DNA of 61,590 bases, the filler included, from Malassezia furfur (lineage: Eukaryota): NCBI GenBank assembly GCA_052055015.1. It is 8 parts of 8 records of this genome, joined end to end, with 100 filler letters (N's around TTAATTAATTAA, not from the genome) between each part and the next. Parts side by side here need not be neighbours in the genome. Positions count along the whole stretch, not along the records: positions 1 to 7,730 come from JBQJIT010000487.1; positions 7,831 to 15,540 come from JBQJIT010000488.1; 6 more parts are not named here. One strand, 5' to 3'. Under the pieces are notes generated by a model, which was not told the DNA's origin, did not search any database, and saw only the letters and a list, made by a program, of their open reading frames with translations. A program made the translations under genes and the position numbers. Within the stretch, counting starts at the first letter, position 1, and each line of letters begins with the position of its first letter. Positions 1 through 8,404 of this stretch are shown here, piece by piece.

Positions 1-240
1 CCAAACTAAGGGAAATTCGTACTCCTTTACACTAATGCATCGCGTCCTATCTGGGACCAGAACATGTTATGTAATATGTTAGTCAGCAAGGCCGGATGAT
101 GGCCTGTGCGTAGCGTCTCCACTTCGGCACCTCGGGATATCGCTCGATCACCATAGTAAATCCGGTCATGGCACACGTGTAAGCCAGCACTTATTTATAA
201 GCCTATTGAGTAGTTCCTGTGGTAAACCTTTGCAACCACT

Positions 241-1263
241 ATGGAATACGTCAACCTTGGTAACTCGGGGCTTAAAATTTCCCGAGTCATTATGGGATGC
301 ATGACCTTCGGTTCCGACCAATGGATCCCGTGGGTCATGAATGAAGATGATGCTCTTCCTCTTTTCGAGCATGCATACAAAGCAGGGATCAATACTTGGG
401 ATACTGCAGACGTTTACAGCAACGGAAGATCTGAAGAGATTGTGGGGAAAGCGCTGAAAAAGTACAACATTCCTCGTGAAAGGGTGGTAATTATGACCAA
501 ACTGTACTTCCCGGTAAACGAAGACGGTCCTGAACCCTTGATTGGCGCGAAAAACGATGGTCCACTGGTAAATCGAGCGGGTCTATCGCGCAAACACATT
601 CTTGATGCGGTCGCCGCAAGTGTCAAACGTTTGGGAACTTATATTGACGTGCTCCAAATCCATCGTTTGGACCGGCAAACACCCAAAGAGGAAATCATGC
701 GCGCGCTCAATGATGTGATTGAGCAAGGTTCTGTCAGATACATCGGAGCAAGTTCTATGGCTGCTTGGGAATTTCAACAACTCCAGAATGTTGCTGAGAA
801 GAATGGATGGTTTAAATTCATCTCCATGCAGAACCTTTACAACTTGATTTATCGTGAAGAAGAGAGGGAAATGATTCCTTATTGTCAAGCAACAGGCGTC
901 GGCATAATTCCGTGGTATGCCCTGGCGGCAGGCATGCTCGCTCGTCCGTGGAGCGATGAATCTTCTAAACGTGCACAAACAGATGAATTTATGAAGTACA
1001 TTTTGCGCAACGATTCGACCCAGTCTGATCAAGAAGTTGTTGCACGAATTGAAGAATTGTCGAAGAAGAAAGGTGTGCCTATGGCCCAAATTTCCATTGC
1101 GTGGTTATTGAGCCATAAAGGAGTCAATCCTATCCTTGGGCTGAACAAACCAGAACGTATAAATGAGGCTGTTGAAGCACTTAAAGTCCAGCTATCTGAA
1201 GAAGAGATCAAGTATCTTGAAGAACCTTACAAGTCAAAGCCGGTTCGAGGAATCAGCGGCTAG
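241..1263 (+). CDS. Aldo-keto reductase (aryl-alcohol dehydrogenase-like), intronless
   Basis: 340-aa ORF with the LGNSGLKIS...GCMTFG N-terminus, DTADVYSNGRSEEIVG, MTK, DVLQIHR and RYIGASSM. The AKR catalytic D/Y/K/H residues are present. Confidence 0.93.
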   Translation: MEYVNLGNSGLKISRVIMGCMTFGSDQWIPWVMNEDDALPLFEHAYKAGINTWDTADVYSNGRSEEIVGKALKKYNIPRERVVIMTKLYFPVNEDGPEPLIGAKNDGPLVNRAGLSRKHILDAVAASVKRLGTYIDVLQIHRLDRQTPKEEIMRALNDVIEQGSVRYIGASSMAAWEFQQLQNVAEKNGWFKFISMQNLYNLIYREEEREMIPYCQATGVGIIPWYALAAGMLARPWSDESSKRAQTDEFMKYILRNDSTQSDQEVVARIEELSKKKGVPMAQISIAWLLSHKGVNPILGLNKPERINEAVEALKVQLSEEEIKYLEEPYKSKPVRGISG

Positions 1264-1992
1264 AATGGTGAATAAACTTGATTTGGCAGTAGCCCCTGAC
1301 GAAGCAAGTAGTGAACAAACCATTGAAATTATCTGTTTAGTTTACATATTGAGCAGTCTATTTAGACAATTCTGGAGACAATGCACATTTGTTACTCATT
1401 GTGGGCTTCATGAGATCTGAAGTCAACTTCCCGCGAAAGTCCCATTCAACTGTTCAGTAAACACAGAACAAGGTCCAAATTATTTCGTAATTACACCATC
1501 TATTTATTCGGTAGGACGGTATTGGTGTGTGGCTTTCAGTCTGTCAGACCCTAACCGACATCTTTCAACAATTACAATAGCTGACCTTGTGACCAAAGCG
1601 AGCGAAAGCCGGTCAGTAACAACTTGGATCTGCATGGGGTTGTTTCGAAAAAAAAAAAATAATAGGCTCCCGATCGACCAATCTGTTGTGGGGATTCTGA
1701 AGGGATGAACGACGCGTGACCCCCGGCGGAAAGGTCATTACGGTTACTCACAACCCCACAAAAAGTAGCTTTATTTTATCCAACCATTGGCGTCTCCCAC
1801 GCAGCCGAAGATCAAAATAGAGCGATCATGGACTGTGAGGGGTGATTCAGCTGCAGCATGGTCACTAAACGTGGATACCTCCTTGCTCAGCATGACCGGT
1901 TGTTTTGGTTAAGGGGCTGTTTACACGGGGAAAATGAGTAACATAAATTTGTGAAACCGTCCGAACCTTGCACATCCAACCGCCCCTTCGCT

Positions 1993-3387
1993 ATGCGTTC
2001 ACCGCTCCTTCTTTTCGTCTTTGCGTTCTTTCATTGTGTCTTAGCGCTCTCTCATCCCCCTCAGCGCCGGGCTAGCATCAATACGCCTCCCAATGATGCT
2101 TTCTACACTCCTCCTGATGGATGGGAGAGCAAGGAGCCTGGTACCGTACTTCGTACGCGTAAGGTGAACCTTGCCTTTTTGCAAATTGACGACTACAACT
2201 ATGAGGCGGCCTACCAGATCCTCTATCGTACCACGGGTGGTTACGAAGACGAGCCTGCGACCACGGTGACTACGGTCATCATTCCTTACAACGCCAAGAA
2301 GAACAAGCTGGTCAACTACCTTGTGTATACGGATTCGAATGGTGCCCAGTGCGCGCCCTCGTATTCGATGCGCAAGGGCGGAAACTTCGGCACGGACCTT
2401 GCCTTGAGTTACCAGCAAATTCTCTTCACGACCTTCCTTAACGAGGGTTGGATCCTCACTGTGCCGGATTACCAAGGTCCTACGCGCGGGTTTGGTGCTG
2501 GTCGTCTGGAGGGCCGTATGGCACTTGATGCCATTCGTGCCACTCTGAACTACGAGCCGGTTGGCCTGAGCAAGAACACCAAGGTTGTTTCGTATGGCTA
2601 CTCGGGTGGTGCCATTGCGTCCGGCTGGGCTGCGGGACTCCAGCCTAACTATGCTCCGGAGATCAATGCAGTTGGCTTTGCAATGGGCGGAACCCCTGCC
2701 AACATTTCGGGCACGGTTCAAAACCTTAATGCCGGTCTCTTCTCTGGCTTCGCCATCACGGGTATTACTGGCGTTTACTTTACGTACCCGGCCATTCAAG
2801 AATGGGCGCGCGGGAAGCTTACTACCAAGGGTCGCCAGGCTCTTGAGTATGCTCGCACCCATTGCATGCTTGACGTGCTGCTCAGGTACCCCTTCACCAA
2901 TGCTCTCACTGATGACTTGATTCGCGGTGGCTCTCAATTGCTCGAGGCGCCTGCGGTGGCCAACGTGATCGACAAGCTCAACATGGGTCAACAGGAGAGT
3001 GAGACGCCTACTGCTCCGGTTTATATGTTCCATGGACAGCATGACGAGGTTATTCCCTTCAGGGATGCGCTGAAGACGGCTCATGCCTGGGCCAACCATG
3101 GAGCGGACGTTCGCCTGGATGACTTCACCGACGTGACGTCCGAGCACCTCGTCTCTGAGCTGCTCAACGTTCCCAACGTCCTCTTCTTTGTGCGTGACCG
3201 TTTCGCCGGCAAGTCCTTCCCCAAAGGTTTCCACCGCAGGACGACGAGCAACCCGATCGACGAGCCGAACGACTCGCTCCAGGGTCTTGGGTCTCTCGTT
3301 CAGTCCATCGAGGACCTTATTGGCCGCAAGGTCGGTCCGGGCGACTCGATTATCAAGAACCGCATTCGCGAGAATGCCCGTTCTTAA
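1993..3387 (+). CDS. Secreted lipase, Candida LIP-type (secretory lipase family)
   Basis: ATG at 1993 gives a hydrophobic signal peptide (MRSPLLLFVFAFFHCVLA). Motifs include AYQILYRT, CAPSY, VPDYQGP, the GYSGG nucleophile elbow and HGQHDEVIP. Confidence 0.93.
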   Translation: MRSPLLLFVFAFFHCVLALSHPPQRRASINTPPNDAFYTPPDGWESKEPGTVLRTRKVNLAFLQIDDYNYEAAYQILYRTTGGYEDEPATTVTTVIIPYNAKKNKLVNYLVYTDSNGAQCAPSYSMRKGGNFGTDLALSYQQILFTTFLNEGWILTVPDYQGPTRGFGAGRLEGRMALDAIRATLNYEPVGLSKNTKVVSYGYSGGAIASGWAAGLQPNYAPEINAVGFAMGGTPANISGTVQNLNAGLFSGFAITGITGVYFTYPAIQEWARGKLTTKGRQALEYARTHCMLDVLLRYPFTNALTDDLIRGGSQLLEAPAVANVIDKLNMGQQESETPTAPVYMFHGQHDEVIPFRDALKTAHAWANHGADVRLDDFTDVTSEHLVSELLNVPNVLFFVRDRFAGKSFPKGFHRRTTSNPIDEPNDSLQGLGSLVQSIEDLIGRKVGPGDSIIKNRIRENARS

Positions 3388-3798
3388 GCAAGACCCCTCC
3401 CTAACTGTTTCCGACTCTCGTTTGTGGGTTTTTGTGGGTTTCTGCGTCGTTTCCGAGCGCGTTTTATAGGTTTGATACAGTATAAAACTATCGATACAAT
3501 CCGTCCTAGTACAGCCAGCAACGGTTGAAACTAGACGATGATGGATGAAATGCCAGGTAGAAATATCCATACATGTAAAGGATGAGCCCCTTGCCCACCC
3601 TCACCTTTCCACCTTTTTTGTCGTTCCTGCACGTGGTAGTACACAATAGTCAATGCCCTGTGCGCTTGTACCCGATTCTGGGCTGCACGGTACGGTGAAA
3701 ATGATCTTTGCCCCAGAGACCTCTTGCTCTCACAAATTGTCACGAATATTCCTGACGTGTGCACGCTAACGACAGTGGTCCGGTTACCGTCTGATCCT

Positions 3799-4254
3799 TT
3801 ACAATAGGTCCACCTCCCAGTTCAGCTTTTGAATCTTGGTATCAAGCTCGCGATAGTCTCTTGCGAGTTCATCCACCTTCTTTTGCATGTTCTTGACATT
3901 CACCGTCGTGACATACTTGATCTCGTTTCGCGAGTACCGCTCCTGTGAAGAGCTAGCTCTCGCGGCCAAATCCGAGTACAACTTTCGCCGCTTGAGTAGC
4001 ATGTCTCGGAAAGCAATCGCATCCGTGAGTGTGTATTGGTCATTAAACATGGTTTGAGTGTTGGTCTTGTTGATTCGCCGAATGAGGAGGTCGAGCTGAT
4101 CGAGAATGGCATTGGCCTCCGCAATCAGCTCGTCCGGGTCCTCGGAAGGCTCGTCACCCTCCTGTATCCGTACATTCTGCAAGATGCGCTCCTTGACTTG
4201 GTCATATCTCCGTTGGGCCTCGGCCCTCTCTGCCAATGCCTCGGCCAACAACAT
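3799..4254 (-). CDS. DIP1984-family ('septicolysin'-annotated) coiled-coil protein, bacterial-like
   Basis: 151 aa from the ATG at 4254: MLLAEALAERA...VRIQEGDEPSEDP...IRRINKTN...TLTDAIAFRD...RYSRNEIKYV...RELDTKIQKLNWEVDLL. This matches the family pattern from end to end. No introns. Confidence 0.85.
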   Translation of the reverse strand: MLLAEALAERAEAQRRYDQVKERILQNVRIQEGDEPSEDPDELIAEANAILDQLDLLIRRINKTNTQTMFNDQYTLTDAIAFRDMLLKRRKLYSDLAARASSSQERYSRNEIKYVTTVNVKNMQKKVDELARDYRELDTKIQKLNWEVDLL

Positions 4255-4861
4255 CGTTGGTGAGAAGAAATGAAAGACGGGTGGTGGAGGGAGCGGGGGA
4301 CCGTGAATGCTGTGCTTATATACCTTTCTTCTCATGGTATGCTACGTTCATGACGCCACCGTGCCACAACTAGGGCAACGACGCCACCTTCTGATTCATG
4401 AGGCGCTCTTGTTAATGGCCACACGCAACCTAAAAGTTCGCATCATGCAGAATGAAACAATGGTACGGGCTCGGCGCAATGCGATTTGTCCATCGTCCGT
4501 ATCACGTGGAAGTACCTTGCGGAGGGGTCAATTTTAGCTACAGTGGCGGTACCTTGGCAGCTAGGGGCACCGATGGGGGGATGATTGGGTCTGCGCTCAT
4601 GAGCCCGGTGGCAGCCTGGGCAAGTTCCAGGAGCCTCCGCTGAGCGGCTCTGTCAAGCTATGCGCCTGAAAATAAAGCCTGCACGTGCGCCTCTCCCTGG
4701 AGCGCGGCGAAGTATCGGAGTGTGGAGAAACGTCGCTTCTTGTGCGCACGTGTCAGGTTGACCCTGGCTCGCTGTGGGGGAGCAGTGTGCGATCGTAGCA
4801 AGCGGCGTGCCTACAAATGTGAGACAAGATGCCGTAGACACGGCGTTCCCTTCTGGGTTGA

Positions 4862-5809
4862 ATGATGTACATTCGGGCGCTGATGCTCCTCTTTGTTTCG
4901 AGCGTCTTGGCGCTGTCGAACAATGAGGCCCTGAAGATTGTCAAGCATGGTGCGCAAATGAAGAATGCAGGCCCCTCGTCGGAGCAGCAACCCCGCTCGA
5001 TCCCGATCGACTGGCACCTGCTGAGCCAGGCAGCAGGCATGGCGCAGCAGGACTACTGCCTGTTCCAGCGCCCCGGGCAGGACGTAGGCGATGCACAGCT
5101 GTTGTACGAGTTTGGTGACGGCAACTTTGTGCAGCGCGCCTTGATCTTCAAGTCGAAGAGCCTGGGCATCACGGTGGCCTTTGAAGGAACCGAGCCCATC
5201 AGTCCCTTTTCGCAGATCCACGACGCTGATTTCCGGCTGGTAGACCCGTCCAAGGCGCTTGGCGGTGCGTACCCTGAAGGGGTGCAGCTGTTTGATGGAT
5301 TCGAGACGGCGTACCTTGCTGTCGCGAAGCCGATCCTCGCCAAAGTGCGGGAGTACTGTGCGACGTACAAGGAGACGCGTGTGTCGGTCACCGGCCACTC
5401 GCTCGGTGCCGCGATGGCGCTCATTGCCGCCGGCCACTACAACAACGTCCTGGACCAGGGCCTCCACCAGGCGCTCGTGTTTGGGCTGCCGCGCACGGGC
5501 AACGCGCAGTTTGCCAACTTTATTGACGCGACGCTCAAGGGCAAGTTTTACTACGTGGTGAACGGCCATGACCTGGTGCCGCATGTGCCTCCGCGCGGCT
5601 TTGGGTACCAGCACCCCTCGGGCCAGATTTGGATCAACCCCGCGAGCTCGACCGAGTGGAAGTTTTACCCCGGGCAAGAGAATGTGCACGGGGCGAACTC
5701 GGTGGGTCTTGCGCTCAATACCGAGGACCACCACGGCACGTACTTCCACACGGGCCTGGGCCATGGACTCGGTGCCGGCTCGTGCCCTGCCAAGGTGGAC
5801 ACGCAGTAA
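4862..5809 (+). CDS. Secreted class 3 lipase (mono/diacylglycerol lipase, Malassezia SMG1-like)
   Basis: Signal peptide, AFEGT oxyanion region, TGHSLG (Ser), FGLPRTGN, HDLVPHVPP (Asp), GYQHPSGQIWI and DHHG (His). Confidence 0.92.
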   Translation: MMYIRALMLLFVSSVLALSNNEALKIVKHGAQMKNAGPSSEQQPRSIPIDWHLLSQAAGMAQQDYCLFQRPGQDVGDAQLLYEFGDGNFVQRALIFKSKSLGITVAFEGTEPISPFSQIHDADFRLVDPSKALGGAYPEGVQLFDGFETAYLAVAKPILAKVREYCATYKETRVSVTGHSLGAAMALIAAGHYNNVLDQGLHQALVFGLPRTGNAQFANFIDATLKGKFYYVVNGHDLVPHVPPRGFGYQHPSGQIWINPASSTEWKFYPGQENVHGANSVGLALNTEDHHGTYFHTGLGHGLGAGSCPAKVDTQ

Positions 5810-5889
5810 GCCGCCCCGAGAGGCTGCGTCGCTGGCAGGCACTCTGCAGCTGTGGGACGTTGATAGCCTTGCTAGCTTGTATGAGTCTC

Positions 5890-7716
5890 CTACAGGAACG
5901 CCTCGAGGTTGAACTCCAGTGCGGAGCACGGGAAGAGGATGTCAAAGTGCTGGAGCACCTCGGGGTGGAGCACGCCGAGGGTGCCGACCTGGGCGTCGCC
6001 GCCCTGCTCGAGCGCCTTGCGGAGCTCGGGGAGGGTGTCGAGCGGGCTCGATCCGTCGGCGTTCTCGAACGTGCGGCGCAAGAAGATGGCCGCGGCGCGG
6101 CCCGAGAAGAAGGTGGCATCGTCGGTCTCCTTGAGGTAGTAGCCGACCTTGGCGGTGGTATCGTTGCGGTCGATGCGCGGGATGGACAGGGTGAGCATGA
6201 GCTTGTCGAGCAGCCCGTGCACCACCTCGAAGCCGGCCGTCTTGTTGCAGTAGACGGCGCCGACGTGGCGCTCGTTGCGCGCCATGCGCTGCTTCTCGGT
6301 GGGGTCCTTGAACGCGACGTCGGACACCTCGAAGACCTGCATGGGCAGCGCGTGCTTCTTATTCTCCCGCAGCGTCTTGAGAAGCCCCGGGATGAGCGAG
6401 GTGCGCACCACCTGGAACTCGGCGGTCTTGGGGTTGCCGAGCACGATCGCCTTGGTCTTGTCGTCCTTGCGGTTCATGAAGCGGAAGTTTTCGTCGTGCG
6501 AGCAGAGGATCAGCGGCAGCGTCTCGATCCAGCCGGCGTACGCACACTCCTGGCGGATGATGTCGCCGAGCGTGTTGATGGCGAGCGGCGCGCCGACCGT
6601 GTTGGTCGACGGGAAGGTCTTGGGCAGGTTGTCGAAGCCGTGCGCCACCGCGACGTCCTCCATCAGGTCGCACTCGTGCAGGATGTCGGGCCGCGTCACG
6701 GGCACATCGACCACCACCTCGTCGTCGCCGCCCGGCGTCGCGCCGTGGCCCATGCGCGCGAGGAGCCGTGCGATCTCCTGCGCGTTGTGCTCCAGGCCGG
6801 TGCACCGGTTCACGTACGAGGGGTGCGCGAGGGTGCGGCGTGCGTCCAGCTGCGGCGTGATTTCCTCGTGTCCGTCGGGGTATACGACACGGATCGGCTC
6901 GACCTTAAACGGCTCGGCGCAGTACTCGGAGAACATGGCGACGAGGATGTTGAGCACGATGTCGAGCTTCGTCTTGTCGACCGCCGTCACGTCGATAAAC
7001 ACGTTGCGCGTCTCGAGCGTGATCTTGGAGTGGTTCGAGTTGATGATCGGCGGCATGGACAGCACGCGGCGCTGCTGGTCGAAGATGATCGGGTACACGG
7101 GGCTGTCGCGGATGATGTGCAGGTAGCGGCTGAGGTGCAGGTCGGACTCGTACAGCTCCATCAGCTCCTTGCCGCTGTACTCCTCGGTGCGGTTCAGCGG
7201 CGCAAAGCGGAAGGCGTCCGGCGGCAGCGCCTCGTAGGTGAACGGCGCCTGGATCGTGTCGAGGTCATGCGTGCCGATGGCCACGAGCGTGCGGCGGCGC
7301 GCGAGGTTCTGGTGCAGCTTGTCCTGCAGGTCAATGAAGCTCGCGTAGCGCTCCGGGGTGAAGCGCACGTTGCGCAGCACCGCACCGGCAAAGTACGGCC
7401 GGATCTGCGCGGTCTCGGGCGCGACGGTGAGGGTCAGCAGCTCCTTGGGCTGCGTCAGGCGGTACGTGGGCGGCTCGTCCTTCCCGAGGAAGATGCGCAG
7501 CGCGCGCAAAATGCCCTCAAAGCACAGCAGGTCGTACCGGTTGGCCGGGATATCGATTTTGAGCTGCGGGCGCTCGTCGGTGCCCTTGACCTCCTCGGTG
7601 GTGTCGTCATCGAGCTCGATGCCGAACTGGAAGCACAGCTCATCGAACTCCTCGGTGGTGTACTGGCGCCCGAGTCCCTCGAGCAGCAGCGCCTTGTCCA
7701 CGCTGACGGTCGGCAT
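5890..7716 (-). CDS. FRS1: Phenylalanyl-tRNA synthetase beta subunit, cytoplasmic
   Basis: MPTVSVDK...FDELCFQFGIELD, KIDIPANRYDLLCFEG, DLQDKLHQN, LSMPPIINS, NPKTAEFQVVRTSL, GVLHPEVL. Confidence 0.97.
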   Translation of the reverse strand: MPTVSVDKALLLEGLGRQYTTEEFDELCFQFGIELDDDTTEEVKGTDERPQLKIDIPANRYDLLCFEGILRALRIFLGKDEPPTYRLTQPKELLTLTVAPETAQIRPYFAGAVLRNVRFTPERYASFIDLQDKLHQNLARRRTLVAIGTHDLDTIQAPFTYEALPPDAFRFAPLNRTEEYSGKELMELYESDLHLSRYLHIIRDSPVYPIIFDQQRRVLSMPPIINSNHSKITLETRNVFIDVTAVDKTKLDIVLNILVAMFSEYCAEPFKVEPIRVVYPDGHEEITPQLDARRTLAHPSYVNRCTGLEHNAQEIARLLARMGHGATPGGDDEVVVDVPVTRPDILHECDLMEDVAVAHGFDNLPKTFPSTNTVGAPLAINTLGDIIRQECAYAGWIETLPLILCSHDENFRFMNRKDDKTKAIVLGNPKTAEFQVVRTSLIPGLLKTLRENKKHALPMQVFEVSDVAFKDPTEKQRMARNERHVGAVYCNKTAGFEVVHGLLDKLMLTLSIPRIDRNDTTAKVGYYLKETDDATFFSGRAAAIFLRRTFENADGSSPLDTLPELRKALEQGGDAQVGTLGVLHPEVLQHFDILFPCSALEFNLEAFL

Positions 7717-7730
7717 GGTGCAGCAGAGCA

Positions 7731-7830
7731 NNNNNNNNNNNNNNNNNNNNNNNNNNNNNNNNNNNNNNNNNNNNTTAATTAATTAANNNNNNNNNNNNNN
7801 NNNNNNNNNNNNNNNNNNNNNNNNNNNNNN
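7731..7830. other. Artificial contig-joining spacer (N-run/TTAATTAATTAA/N-run)
   Basis: 100 bp, with a six-frame stop linker at 7775-7786. Confidence 0.98.
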
Positions 7831-8350
7831 GCCAGTGCCGCGCACGCCGCGCACGCCGCGGCGCGTGCCAGCGCCGCCGCCGCTCTCGGCGGCCGACTTG
7901 GCGCGGCTCACGACCAAGCACACGAAACAGAATGAGCAGTACACCGTCGAGCTGCACACGCACGAGCTGCGCATGCCCGGCGCGCGCCCGCCCAGCCCGT
8001 CGCAGGCGTTCCACATGGACGCACGCCCACGGACGCCGCACTGGACGCAGCCGTGCTGGACCGAGACGAACGAGTACGGCGAGCCGGTGCGGCACGCGCA
8101 GGGCGCTGGCGACGTCGAGCCGTACGTCACGCCGCCGCCGCACGGCGCGCGGCGCGTGCGGTGGGACAAGCGGCTGGTGGTGAGCCCGGCGCGGCGGCGC
8201 GCGCCGCACGCGCCGCAGCGCACGTGCCTCGTGCCGACGGAGCGCTCGCTTGATGCGTTTGGCAATGTGCCACGCACCGGCGCAGCGGGCGCACGGCGGC
8301 GGACGGTGGTGGTAAAACGGCTCGTGTATGACGATGAGGAGGAGGAGTAG
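7831..8350 (+). CDS. 3' fragment of an uncharacterised protein (5' truncated by contig edge)
   Basis: Open frame from the contig edge to TAG at 8350, with GC3-biased codons and motif-like blocks (RPPSP, RVRWD, LDAFGN, VVVKRLVYDD). Confidence 0.55.
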
Positions 8351-8404
8351 CCTCGGAACTATGTACCTGTACAAACGTGTTTTTCCTCGTTGCGCGCGGC
8401 ATGG

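Noticed and set aside
1648..1659. Poly-A run upstream of the LIP lipase
   Set aside because: A short homopolymer with no adjacent retroelement features or target-site duplication. At most a nucleosome-disfavouring tract.
1..1950. Possible centromere or telomere because of low GC
   Set aside because: It contains an intact gene, is only moderately AT-rich, and shows no telomeric tandem repeat or extremely AT-rich core.
3799..4254. Interpretation as a true pore-forming cholesterol-dependent cytolysin
   Set aside because: Only 151 aa, predicted helical, with no signal peptide and no Trp-rich undecapeptide. The 'septicolysin' label on this family does not establish toxin function.
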